A DNA stretch of 31,124 nt from an uncultured Chloroflexia bacterium (GCA_963726245.1 CAVSBT010000012.1:1-31124), one strand, 5' to 3'; positions 1-10,990 are shown, counted from the first letter of the stretch. The notes: generated by a model not told the origin, from the letters alone. Numbers and translations are program-made.

Positions 1-1353
1 GGCAACGCCGCCAGAGCCTCCTTCACCTTCTCCGCCGGGTAGGCGTAGTCCTCAAGCTTGCCGGCGAAGTACTGGTCGTAGGCCCCCAGGTCGAGCAGGC
101 CGTGGCCGCTGAAGTTGAACAGAATGACCCGCCGATCGCCCGCCTGCTTCGCGGCCAGCGCCTCGTCGATGGCGGCCAGGATGGCGTGGGCCGTCTCCGG
201 CGCCGGGATGATCCCCTCGGCCCGCGCGAACTGGACTGCCGCGTCGAAGACCTTCGTCTGGTGGTAGGCCTTGATGTCCATGACGCCCTTGTTGCACAGG
301 TAGGAGACAAGCGGCGCCATGCCGTGGTAGCGCAGCCCGCCGGCGTGGATCCCGGGCGGCACGAAGGTGTGCCCGAGAGTGTACATCATCACTATCGGCG
401 CTGTCGCCGCGCTGTCCCCGAAGTCGTAGGCGTAGGGGCCGCGGCTGATGGTGGGGCAGGCTTCGGGCTCAACAGGGACGAAGCGCGTCTTCTTGCCTCC
501 CACCAGTCGATCGCGCACGAAGGGGAAGGCCAGCCCGGCGAAGTTGGATCCGCCGCCGACGCAGCCGATGACCACGTCCGGGTACTCGCCGGCCATCTCC
601 ATCTGCTTCAAGGCCTCTATGCCGACGACGCTCTGGTGCATGAGGACGTGGTTGAGAACGCTACCCAGCGAGTACTTGGTGTCGTCGCGGGTGACGGCGT
701 CCTCCACCGCCTCGCTGATGGCCATCCCCAGGCTTCCCGGCGAATCCGGGTCCTTGGCCAGGATCGAGCGTCCGGCGTTGGTGTCCTGGCTGGGGCTGGG
801 GACCACGCTGGCGCCCCAGGTCTCCATCATGGAGCGACGGTAGGGCTTCTGCTGGTAGCTCACCTTCACCATGTAGACCTTGCACTCCAGGCCGAAGAAG
901 TTGCAGGCCATGGCCAGGGCGCTGCCCCACTGTCCCGCCCCCGTCTCGGTGGCGATGCGCTTGACGCCTTCCTGCTTGTTGTAGAAGGCCTGGGCGACGG
1001 CGGTGTTCGGCTTGTGCGAGCCCGCAGGGCTGGCGCCCTCGTACTTGTAGTAGATGTGGGCCGGCGTATCGAGCACCTTCTCCAGGCGGAGGGCCCGGAG
1101 CAGCGGCGTCGGCCGCCACAGACGGTAGATCTCCTGCACCTCCTCCGGGATATCGATGTAGCGTTCCTGGCTCACCTCCTGGCGCGATGAGCGCCATGGG
1201 GAAGAGAGGCGCCAGGTCCTGGGGACCGATGGGCTGCTTGGTGCCGGGGTGCAGCGGCGGGGGCGGCGGCCCCCCAATAGGACCCAGGTCAGCCTGGATG
1301 TTGTACCACTGCTTCGGCAGATCCTTCTCCGAGAGGATGAACTTGGTCTCCAT
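1..1353 (-). CDS. trpB2: Tryptophan synthase beta chain, TrpB2 type (PLP enzyme); one +1 indel near 1182; 3' end runs just off the left edge
   Basis: ATG at 1353 with GGAGG SD. N-terminus [19 protein letters not shown]. After removing one C near 1182 it reads ...[18 protein letters not shown] (PLP lysine), [46 protein letters not shown], ending [20 protein letters not shown] at the window edge. Confidence 0.93.
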
Positions 1354-1424
1354 GCTTTCCTCCTGCACTGTGTTGCCTTGCTCTTGCGAAGATCAGCCGA
1401 CCGACTGCGCTGCGGCGGCAAATC

Positions 1425-1453
1425 AAAAAGCCCTCACCCCTAGGGGCGAGGGC
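1425..1453 (-). terminator. Intrinsic terminator of the T-box expression platform
   Basis: GCCCUCGCCCC-UA-GGGGUGAGGGC followed by UUUUU on the minus strand, directly after the T-box motif. Confidence 0.88.
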
Positions 1454-1730
1454 TGCCTCGCGGTGCCACCCTGGTTGATCCGCCATAGGCGGACCACCTC
1501 TGTCAGGTACGTGCCGCCTTCAGCGGCAGATACCCTGGGCTCTGATAACGGTGCCCCTCCGGCAAAGCCTACTGAGGTCGGCTAGGACCCTTGGAACTTA
1601 GGTTCCGGCGTCTCCTGTTCGGTTTGCAGCTCCCAGGTCCATTCCGTCATCGCGCAGGCGCCGGATTCTCACCTACCCCGGCTCTCTGGAGCCCCGCCAG
1701 ACGGCGTACTAGTCCTGTTCGCAGCCGATA
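1425..1730 (-). ncRNA. T-box riboswitch, Trp specifier (UGG), transcriptional
   Basis: Minus strand shows Stem I AGAGA and GGUGAGA boxes, specifier GAA-UGG-A (UGG at 1641-1639), AGUA S-turn (~1573-1570), CCGUUA F-box (~1551-1546), T-box AACCAGGGUGGCACCGCG (1476-1459), then a terminator. Confidence 0.93.
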
Positions 1731-1750
1731 GCTGTATCCAGGTGACCGGC

Positions 1751-1779
1751 ACTATAGCAGCCACCCCACGATCTGTCAA
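1751..1779 (-). promoter_or_regulatory. Sigma70-type promoter for T-box/trpB2
   Basis: TTGACA-17 nt-TATAGT with a TG extended -10. Confidence 0.8.
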
Positions 1780-1841
1780 GAGCTGCAATTCGCCCTCCCA
1801 CCCCTCGTTTGCCCGTGGGCGATCCTGCATAATAGAGTGCG

Positions 1842-2714
1842 ATGCTGCGCTTCGGGCGAGCCCTGGTGGCAGGACGGCCCGAATCCCACCCGCAAGCGGG
1901 GCCCCCAATGCCAAAGCCGTCCGTCGCCCACACCGGCGACCACGTGGCCATCGAAAGGCTGACCCAGGTCTTCCACCGGGATGACCGGTCCCTCACGGCC
2001 CTGAGCGATGTTAACCTGCGGGTCCGTCACGGGGAGTTCGTCTCCGTCATCGGGCCCAGCGGCTGCGGCAAGTCCACCCTCCTCCGCCTCATCGGCGGGC
2101 TGCTGCGGCCGACGCAGGGCCGGGTCGACCTCGCCGGGGCCACGCCGGCAGAGGCGCAGCGACGCAAGGCCATCGGCTACGTGTTTCAGGACCCCTCGCT
2201 CCTGCCCTGGCGGACCGTCATCGCCAACGTCAAGCTGCCGCTGGAGGTGAACCGGCAGGGCCGGGCCGAGGATCATCGCCGCGACCCCCGCGAGCTCCTG
2301 CACCTGGTCGGCCTCAGCCAGTTCGAGGGCTACTACCCACGGGAGCTGTCGGGCGGCATGCAGCAGAGGGTCGCACTGGCAAGGGCGCTGGTCTTCGAGC
2401 CCCCGCTGCTCCTAATGGACGAGCCCTTCGGGGCGCTGGACGAGATCACACGCCGGGCCATGCGCTACGAGCTGCTGCGCATCTGGCAGTCCGGCAACGG
2501 CGACAGCGGCCGCAAGACCGTCGTCTTCGTGACTCACAGCATCGCCGAGGCCATCGCCCTCTCCGACCGGGTGGTGGTGATGTCGGGGTCACCGGGCACG
2601 GTGCGCGCAGCCATCGACATCGACCTGCCCCGCCCGCGAGACGAGGACATGGAGATACAGCCGGCCTTCCTGGACTACGCGGTCCGTCTGCGCCGCCTGT
2701 TGGAGGAGGGCTGA
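1842..2714 (+). CDS. ABC transporter ATP-binding protein, NitT/TauT family (start 1842 or 1908)
   Basis: Walker A GPSGCGKST, signature LSGGMQQR, Walker B LLMDEPFGALD, H-loop VTH. Confidence 0.92.
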   Translation: MLRFGRALVAGRPESHPQAGPPMPKPSVAHTGDHVAIERLTQVFHRDDRSLTALSDVNLRVRHGEFVSVIGPSGCGKSTLLRLIGGLLRPTQGRVDLAGATPAEAQRRKAIGYVFQDPSLLPWRTVIANVKLPLEVNRQGRAEDHRRDPRELLHLVGLSQFEGYYPRELSGGMQQRVALARALVFEPPLLLMDEPFGALDEITRRAMRYELLRIWQSGNGDSGRKTVVFVTHSIAEAIALSDRVVVMSGSPGTVRAAIDIDLPRPRDEDMEIQPAFLDYAVRLRRLLEEG

Positions 2715-2822
2715 GAGTGGAGAGACCCGCCCGGACGCAGACGGAGGCCCGCGCAGCCACGTGAAGCGGGCGGCCGTCTGGCCGCTATCCGTCGCGAAGA
2801 GCTGTCGGGCGTCGCTCCGGCG

Positions 2823-3608
2823 GTGCATCGCGTTCTGCGGCTGGCGCGAGGCGCCATCGGCGCCCTGCTGCCGCCCGCCAGCGCCCTGCTGGTCGCGGCC
2901 GGCGTCTGGGAGGCCTGGGTGCGCCTCCGACACGTACACGACTACCTGGTGCCAGCGCCCTCGGCCGTGGTAGCGCGCATGGCCGGGGACCCAGCCTTCT
3001 TCGCCCGCGAGGGGCTGGTCACCCTCGAGGGCGCCCTGGCCGGTTTCGCCCTGGGCTCGGCCGTAGCCATCGCGCTGGCTGTGATCATGGCCCACTCGCG
3101 CCTCCTCGAAAGGAGCATCTTCCCCCTGGCCATCATGGTGAAGGTGACGCCGATCGTGGCCATCGCGCCCCTGCTGGCCATCTGGTTCGGCTTTGGGCTG
3201 CTGCCCAAGGTCTTCATCGCCGCGCTCCTCGTCTTCTTCCCGGTGATGGTGAACGGCCTGGTGGGCTTTCGCTCCGTGAACCCCGCGGCCCTGGAGCTCT
3301 TGCAGTCGCTGGCCGCCTCCAAGCTCGACGTGTTCCTCAAGCTGCGGGTGCCCAGCTCGCTCCCCTACCTCTTCGCCGCCTTCAAGGTCTGCATCCCGCT
3401 AAGCGTCATCGGCGCCGTGGTAGCGGAGTGGTTCAGCGGCGACCGGGGCCTGGGACGGGTGATCCAGGTGGCGAACAACAACCTGGACCTGGACACGGCC
3501 TTCGGCGCCGTCTTCTCGCTGGCCATTCTGGGCATCGGCCTCTACCTGCTGACGGCGGCCGTGGAGCGCCGCCTGCTCTTCTGGCACGAGTCGGCGGGTG
3601 GTCCGTAG
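2823..3608 (+). CDS. ABC transporter permease, NitT/TauT family (true start may be GTG 2717 with an indel)
   Basis: Several hydrophobic helices, PAPSAV, TPIVAIAPLL, and the KLRVPSSLPYLF...VIGAVVAEW pattern of SsuC/TauC/ThiX permeases. Confidence 0.9.
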   Translation: MHRVLRLARGAIGALLPPASALLVAAGVWEAWVRLRHVHDYLVPAPSAVVARMAGDPAFFAREGLVTLEGALAGFALGSAVAIALAVIMAHSRLLERSIFPLAIMVKVTPIVAIAPLLAIWFGFGLLPKVFIAALLVFFPVMVNGLVGFRSVNPAALELLQSLAASKLDVFLKLRVPSSLPYLFAAFKVCIPLSVIGAVVAEWFSGDRGLGRVIQVANNNLDLDTAFGAVFSLAILGIGLYLLTAAVERRLLFWHESAGGP

Positions 3609-3664
3609 TGTCGCTAAGGGGTGCCGTTTAGAAACGTCACTTCCGATTGAGGAAGGAGCCATCG

Positions 3665-4762
3665 ATGCGTCTATCTCTCCTGACCGGCACACGACTCTCT
3701 CTGGCGGCGGCCCTCCTGGCTGCAACCGGCCTCTTCCTCGCCGCCTGCGGCGGTGACAACAACGAGACGGCGACTCCCACAGCCACCACACCCGAGACGA
3801 CGGCCACCGTCGAAGCCACGCCGCGCGAGGTGAAGAAGGTGACCTTCATGGCCGGCTACCAGCCGCAGGCCAACCTGCCCTTCGTGGGAGTGTACGTGGC
3901 CCAGGAGAAAGGCTTCTTCAAGGAGCAGGCCCTGGACGTCGACATCCAGCACTCGGACGGCTCTCAGCACGTGCAACTTCTGGCCGCCGGCAAGATCCAG
4001 TTCGCCACCGCCGACGCCGCCCAGGTGCTACGCCGCCGCGCCGAGACCGGCATCCCCATCGTGGCCATCGCCCTCATCGGGCAGACGGGCCAGCAGGGAT
4101 GGGTGTCCCTGGCTGGCTCGGGCATCACCGACCCCACGGACTGGGTGGGCAAGACGGTGGGCTTCCGCAACACCATCCCACCCGACTTCTACGCCATCTT
4201 GAAGGCGAAAGCGATCGACCCTAACACGGTGAAGACGGTGAACATCGGCTACCAGCCGCCCACCCTGCTGCTGGAGGGGAAGGTGGACGTCTACCCCGTC
4301 TTCCTCTCGAACGAGCCGGACACCATCCGCCGCCAGGGCAAGGAGGTGACAGTCTTCCAAGCCGCCGACTACGGCGTGCCCACGCTCGGCCTCACCTACG
4401 CCGCCAACGAGGACTTCGTCGCCCGCGACCCCGACGCCGTCGAGCGCTTTCTAAAGGCGGCGCTGCGCGGCATCCAGTACGCGATCGACCACCCCGAAGA
4501 GGCGATCCAGATCGTCCTCAAGTACGCGCCGCAGCAGGATGCCGACCACCAGCGCTTCATGCTGGATACGGAGATAGCGGCTGCCTACAGTGACGTGACG
4601 ATGGGGAACGGCTTGGGCTGGCAAACCAAGGAGCAGTGGCAGGACCTGGCAGACAGTCTACTGGAGTTCGGGGCACTGCAGAAGGCGGTGGACGTAGGCG
4701 GGGCCTTCACCAACGACTTCGTCCAGCGCGCCTACAAGGATGGGGAACTCATCTGGCCCTAG
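3665..4762 (+). CDS. ABC substrate-binding lipoprotein, NMT1/THI5 (SsuA/ThiY-like) family
   Basis: AAGGAG SD, lipobox FLAAC, Thr/Pro-rich linker, YVAQEKGFFKEQALDVDI, and FLKAALRGIQYAIDHPEEA. Confidence 0.88.
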   Translation: MRLSLLTGTRLSLAAALLAATGLFLAACGGDNNETATPTATTPETTATVEATPREVKKVTFMAGYQPQANLPFVGVYVAQEKGFFKEQALDVDIQHSDGSQHVQLLAAGKIQFATADAAQVLRRRAETGIPIVAIALIGQTGQQGWVSLAGSGITDPTDWVGKTVGFRNTIPPDFYAILKAKAIDPNTVKTVNIGYQPPTLLLEGKVDVYPVFLSNEPDTIRRQGKEVTVFQAADYGVPTLGLTYAANEDFVARDPDAVERFLKAALRGIQYAIDHPEEAIQIVLKYAPQQDADHQRFMLDTEIAAAYSDVTMGNGLGWQTKEQWQDLADSLLEFGALQKAVDVGGAFTNDFVQRAYKDGELIWP

Positions 4763-4788
4763 GAAGCGATGACCTTGGGGAATAGACC

Positions 4789-4814
4789 GGGGCCGCCCCT
4801 TACGGGACGGCCCC
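4789..4814. terminator. Hairpin between the convergent ABC operon and the DUF1059-like gene
   Basis: GGGGCCG-CCCC-TTAC-GGGA-CGGCCCC stem-loop with a weak U-tract. Confidence 0.55.
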
Positions 4815-4835
4815 GCCTGCACTCCGCCGTCCTTC

Positions 4836-5012
4836 CTACTCCTCCTCACGAATTGACCTCCGAGCGGCCTCCTCCAACTCTTGCGTTCGCTTCATGAAGT
4901 GAGCCTGGCTCACATGCTGCACGGCCTCCTTGACCAGCTTTTCTTCCGTGTCGGCGCGTGCCTCCCAATTGCAGTAGCCGCCGGTGTCGCGGCATCGCAC
5001 TACCATAGCCAT
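4836..5012 (-). CDS. Small metal-binding protein, DUF1059-like (58 aa; not in ORF track; start may be 5006)
   Basis: Manual translation MAMVVRCRDTGGYCNWEARADTEEKLVKEAVQHVSQAHFMKRTQELEEAARRSIREEE has the C-x6-C...H-x4-H pattern of DUF1059. GGAGGTG SD and its own promoter. Confidence 0.82.
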   Translation of the reverse strand: MAMVVRCRDTGGYCNWEARADTEEKLVKEAVQHVSQAHFMKRTQELEEAARRSIREEE

Positions 5013-5052
5013 CCACCTCCTGTGCTTTCCGTGCTATTTTGCATGCCTAGCC

Positions 5053-5081
5053 ATAGTACCAGCCTGCCCATGCCCTGTCAA
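5053..5081 (-). promoter_or_regulatory. Sigma70-type promoter for the DUF1059-like gene
   Basis: TTGACA-17 nt-TACTAT with a TG extension. Confidence 0.7.
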
Positions 5082-5142
5082 CTCTCCGGAAAGAGATCAT
5101 GTCCACACCACTCATGCGTCCACGTCCCTGGTGAGGCATAGC

Positions 5143-5175
5143 AAAAGGGGTGGCGATCGGTCTCGCCACCCCCTT
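5143..5175 (-). terminator. Intrinsic terminator after the DUF5679-like gene
   Basis: GGGGTGGCGA/TCGCCACCCC stem with UUUU on the minus strand. Confidence 0.75.
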
Positions 5176-5211
5176 CACGAAAGACGAGGGCTTCAGAATA
5201 GACGTTAAGTC

Positions 5212-5352
5212 CTACCCCTTGCCGATGCGGTACATCTGCGTACTGCAGACAGGGCAACTACCGCGCGTGGCGGGCTTACCGTTCTTCATGGTCACCTGGC
5301 TGGGGCTCTTCATCTCCCGCATCGCGCGGCACTTGAGGCAATAGGCCTGCAC
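5212..5352 (-). CDS. Small basic zinc-ribbon protein, DUF5679-like (46 aa; not in ORF track)
   Basis: GTG start after a strong TAAGGAGGTG SD. MQAYCLKCRAMREMKSPSQVTMKNGKPATRGSCPVCSTQMYRIGKG has two CxxC pairs and the AYCxKC...MKNG.PA..G.CP.C...RIG family pattern. Confidence 0.85.
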   Translation of the reverse strand: MQAYCLKCRAMREMKSPSQVTMKNGKPATRGSCPVCSTQMYRIGKG

Positions 5353-5607
5353 TAGACTTCACCTCCTTAATTATCTCGGGCAGCGCCCTTACACTGAGCT
5401 GGCATCCCGCCGACCGGACTTGCTTCCTTGCCGCCTGCGGCCGCTACCTGCTGCTCTTTCAGGCGGCGATATCCCGAGTTGATCGCTCCGGAGGCTTTGT
5501 CAAATCGCCTACAGCTTCCTCCTACCCCACCCCTCCTGGCTCGACAACCCGCTTTCGCCGGACCTCCAGATTCGCGCCGAATGCGGGAAACCGGCAACGT
5601 TGCTTGA

Positions 5608-5635
5608 ATGATAGACGTTTTTGAAGGCTTGTCAA
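5608..5635 (-). promoter_or_regulatory. Sigma70-type promoter giving a ~250-nt leader before the DUF5679-like gene
   Basis: TTGACA-16 nt-TATCAT just downstream of the truB stop. Confidence 0.6.
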
Positions 5636-5663
5636 GCGCACTGAAGGCAGAAATGGGAGCGTT

Positions 5664-6614
5664 CTAGCTACCTTCTCTACCTTCTGCTGCCGAAAACACC
5701 TTGTCAGGCCGCCAGAGGTTCTCGCCATCCGCGTAGCGGAGGATAGCCACCAGATAGCCGTCCAAGGAGTACGCACGGCAGCCCATGCCCGGTGTTAGCC
5801 CGTGCTGGCGGGCGGCGGAAGTCAGCGGCAGGTCCAGCAGCCGGCCGATCCGGCTCCAGTGCTCATTGCGCTCTCCGATGATGGCCGCCGGCCACTGGAG
5901 GAGGGCGGCATCCGGCGCGTATAGGAGCTCCTGCCAGCGACCGTCGCGGAACGCCTCGCGCAATGCGTCCGGGTCCACAGCCTCCTCTAGCCGGAATGGG
6001 CCGATGCGCGTTCGTTGCAAGCTATCCAGGTGCGCGCCGCAGCCCAGCCGCTCGCCCAGGTCATGGGCCAGGGTGCGGATGTAGGCCCCGCGGCCACACT
6101 CGACCTCGATATGCAGGAGCGGCGGCTCAAAAGCGAGCATCTCGAGGCGCCTGATGACTACCCTGCGCGGCTGACGTTCCACCTCCTGGCCGGCGCGAGC
6201 GTAGCGATAGAGGGGCACGCCGTCACGCTTGATGGCGCTGTACATCGGCGGCACCTGCCACACCTCGCCGACAAACTCCCGCAAGGCCTCCGCCGCCCTT
6301 TCCCGGGTCACGCCGGATGGGTCGGCGGTGGCGGTGACGCTGCCCCAGGCGTCGTAGGTGTCGGTGGTGACGCCCAGGCGGATGGCAGAGCGGTAGGTCT
6401 TGGGCTCCTCTACCAGGTACTCAACGACGCGGGTGGCCTGCCCCACGCACACGGGCAGCACACCTTCGGCGGCCGGATCGAGGGTGCCGGCGTGGCCCAC
6501 GCGATACCGCCGGCCGTCCGTTGCCTGCCGCACCAGGCCACGGACCAGGGCCACCACGTCGAAGGACGACCAGCCCTTAGGCTTGTTGACGTTCAGGATG
6601 CCGGCGACGGTCAC
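5664..6614 (-). CDS. truB: tRNA pseudouridine(55) synthase
   Basis: NKPKGWSSFDVV, catalytic GHAGTLDP, QVPPMYSAIK, CGRGAYIRTLA; follows rbfA. Confidence 0.96.
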   Translation of the reverse strand: MTVAGILNVNKPKGWSSFDVVALVRGLVRQATDGRRYRVGHAGTLDPAAEGVLPVCVGQATRVVEYLVEEPKTYRSAIRLGVTTDTYDAWGSVTATADPSGVTRERAAEALREFVGEVWQVPPMYSAIKRDGVPLYRYARAGQEVERQPRRVVIRRLEMLAFEPPLLHIEVECGRGAYIRTLAHDLGERLGCGAHLDSLQRTRIGPFRLEEAVDPDALREAFRDGRWQELLYAPDAALLQWPAAIIGERNEHWSRIGRLLDLPLTSAARQHGLTPGMGCRAYSLDGYLVAILRYADGENLWRPDKVFSAAEGREGS

Positions 6615-6994
6615 GGGGACGGGGTCTCCTCCTGCGAATCCTTCTCAGGCGCGGGCGGCGCGGCCTCCTCAATTAGGGAGAGGAGGTGAGCGCCGCGCTC
6701 CAGGGAATCGTCGCGGCGGAAGCTGAGGTCAGGGGTGTGACGTGTGGAGAGGCGCTTACCCAACTCGCGGCGCAGGAAATGGCGGGCCGCTTCCAGGGCA
6801 CGGAAGGCATCCTCGCGCTCCTCCTCGCTGCCCATGACGCTGACGAAGACGCGCGCGTGGCGAAGGTCCACAGACACCTCCACCTCGGTTACCGTCACCA
6901 GGCCCCCCAGCCGGGGGTCATTCACCTCACGGCGGAGGAGGTCGCTGAGCTCCTCGCGGATGAGCTCGTTGATGCGCTCCGTGCGGCGCGTCAC
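6611..6994 (-). CDS. rbfA: 30S ribosome-binding factor A
   Basis: RTERINELIREELS, DPRL, VTVTEVEVSVDLRHARVFVS, TPDLSF; located between infB and truB. Confidence 0.95.
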   Translation of the reverse strand: MTRRTERINELIREELSDLLRREVNDPRLGGLVTVTEVEVSVDLRHARVFVSVMGSEEEREDAFRALEAARHFLRRELGKRLSTRHTPDLSFRRDDSLERGAHLLSLIEEAAPPAPEKDSQEETPSP

Positions 6995-7122
6995 GGCGCC
7001 CCCGCAGACCTCGCGCGCAGACGCGTGTCACCCCGACGCTCCGTCCGGGGCAGGCGGGGAAGCTGCATCGGGTTTCCTTTCGAACGGGGAATGAGGCCGG
7101 AGGTTCAGCGAGGCACGTCGCC

Positions 7123-9096
<1,974 letters not shown>

Positions 9097-9109
9097 TGCA
9101 TTCCCTTCA

Positions 9110-9421
9110 TCACCCGCCGCCGGCTGATGCCTCCGCTGCCAGGGTGGCAGCGAATGCCTCCAGTCCCTCTCTATTCTCCTCTGTTAGTGAGACGCGCAGC
9201 GCCTTCGGCAGGCGACCCCGCTTGAGAGCTTCCTCCCAGCACGCCGCCTGGCGACAGAGATAGGCGCCGCGACCGGGCTTCTTGCCCGTCGGGTCCACCT
9301 CGACGGCCCCCGTCGGAAGACGGACGATCCGCACCAAATCCCGCTTGGCTCTCGCCGTTCGGCAGGCCACGCAGCTCCGCTCGGGCATGCGCCGGGGCCG
9401 GGGTTGCGCCTTGGTGCTCAT
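9110..9421 (-). CDS. ylxR: YlxR/RnpM family RNA-binding protein
   Basis: PERSCVACR, LVRIVR, GKKPGRGAYLC; located between nusA and infB. Confidence 0.92.
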   Translation of the reverse strand: MSTKAQPRPRRMPERSCVACRTARAKRDLVRIVRLPTGAVEVDPTGKKPGRGAYLCRQAACWEEALKRGRLPKALRVSLTEENREGLEAFAATLAAEASAGGG

Positions 9422-9450
9422 CAGAACCGGGGCCAGCGACGTGGCCCGAG

Positions 9451-10928
9451 CTAGGATACCTCCTCGAAGTCTTCCAGTTCCTCCTCGTCCAGGATGACAG
9501 GCCGGCGGCTCCGTCGAGCCTTCTTGGGCTTCGCGGCTTCCGTCTCCGGCTCCGGCGCGCGGCCGCCCTTCTTCGCCTTGCCGCGCTTGCCTTTGCTTTC
9601 CACCGGGGCGGTGAGCGGCGCCAGCAGTTCCTCTGCGAAACGGATCTTGGGCTTGGCGGGCGCCTGAACTGTCGCCACCTTGGCGGGCTCAGCCTCTGCC
9701 TCCACCGTTGCGGCCTCTTCCTTGAAGGCCATCACGGCCTCTTCCTCGGGCGTCAGCGTCTTCGGCTCCTCGACGGCGGTGACGCCGGCAGGCTCGGCTT
9801 TGGCGGCGCGCGCCCGGGCAGCCTTCCGCGCGGCCGGAACCTCGACCGGCGCCTCTGCCGGCGCCTCCTCAGGCGGCCTGAGGGCTGCCTCCTGCTCGGC
9901 GATGGTCTCGCTCTTGATATCGATGCGCCACCCGGTCAGTTTGGCCGCCAGGCGGGCATTCTGCCCCTCTTTGCCGATGGCCAGGGAGAGCTGCCGGTCA
10001 GGCACCACCACCTCAGCCGTGTTCTCCTCCGCACGAATGGCAACGCTGAGAACCTGAGATGGGCTGAGGGCATTGGCGACGAAGCGTGAAGGCTCCTCAT
10101 CCCACTGGACCACGTCGATGCGCTCACCGTTGAGCTCGTTGACGATGTTCTGGATGCGGATACCACGAAGGCCCACGCAGGCGCCCACCGGGTCGACGCC
10201 CTCCTGGCGCGAGGCGACGGCCACCTTGCTCCGGTAGCCGGGCTCACGGGCTATGGCCTTGAGCTCTACGATCCCCTTGTAGATCTCGGGCACCTCCAGC
10301 TCGAAGAGACGGCGGAGGAGGTTCTTGTGGGTACGCGACACCAGGACCTGAGGACCCTTGGTGGCCTTGAACACGTCCAGGAGGTACAGCTTCAGGCGCT
10401 GGCCTGGGCGGTAGTGCTCCGCCCGTACCTGCTCCGGCGGCGGCAGGACAGCCTCTGTCTTCCCCAGGTCGATGATGACGTTCCGGCCCTCCAGCCGCTG
10501 GACGACGCCGGAGACGATGTCACCCTCTTTGCCCGAGTACTCCTCGAAGACAACCTCACGCTCGGCCTCTCGCAGCCGCTGGAGTACGACCTGCTTGGCC
10601 GTCTGGGCGGCGATACGTCCGGCGTTGTGCGGCGTCACTTCGATATCGATGATGTCGCCCGGCTGAGCGCCGCGTCCGGAAGGTTAGCGCTTCCTTAGGG
10701 CGTGATCTCCACCTTGGGGTCGAGCACCTCGTCGACCACCGTCTTCTGCATGTAGACGTGGACGGCGCCGGTCTCTGGGTCTATCCTGACCGCGAGGTTT
10801 GCGGAGGCCAGGGCGTCTTTCTTGTAGGCAGAGGCGAGGGCCGCTTCCACGGCCTCCAGGACCACGTCTCGAGGCAGGTTCTTCTCCGCGGAAAGCTGCG
10901 TGATGGCCGTAAGGAATTCGCTCTTCAT
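9451..10928 (-). CDS. nusA: Transcription factor NusA, split by indels at ~10670-10700, with a long Ala/Glu/Lys-rich C-terminal tail
   Basis: N-terminus [18 protein letters not shown] (ATG 10928) continues in another frame as [57 protein letters not shown]. Confidence 0.95.
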
Positions 10929-10966
10929 ATGTATCCAGGCCCAACCTCCGGGATGGCGGCGCCAAC

Positions 10967-10990
10967 AAAAAAGTGGGTCTCGCCCACTTC
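10967..10990 (-). promoter_or_regulatory. rimP-leader-like attenuator hairpin upstream of nusA
   Basis: AAGUGGG-CGAGA-CCCACUU followed by UUUU, between the promoter and the nusA start; resembles the GUGGG/CCCAC terminator known before rimP-nusA-infB operons. Confidence 0.75.

Noticed and set aside
102-1190. Long antisense or alternate-frame ORFs (e.g. 102-1190, 12408-13742, 19666-20928, 25657-27705, 25899-27536, 27901-29130)
   Set aside because: Shadow ORFs of real high-GC genes, with no motifs or translation signals.
2712-2823. ATPase TGA is in frame with the permease with no intervening stop (possible read-through or Sec fusion)
   Set aside because: A GTG at 2717 with a GGAGGAGG SD explains a separate permease start given one indel. 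No SECIS-like hairpin or Cys-equivalent position is apparent.
5415-5442. CAGG-CG-GCAA-GG-AAGCA on the minus strand resembles SRP RNA helix 8
   Set aside because: The stem flanking the tetraloop does not pair as required (G opposite G), so it is not called as SRP RNA.
6995-7122. 128-nt infB-rbfA spacer as a small gene or RNA
   Set aside because: Too short for the DUF503 gene often found there, with no clear ORF or convincing structure.
9451-10928. nusA, groEL and other split genes as pseudogenes or programmed frameshifts
   Set aside because: Catalytic motifs are intact, there are no slippery heptamers, and breaks are spread across unrelated genes, so sequencing error is simpler.
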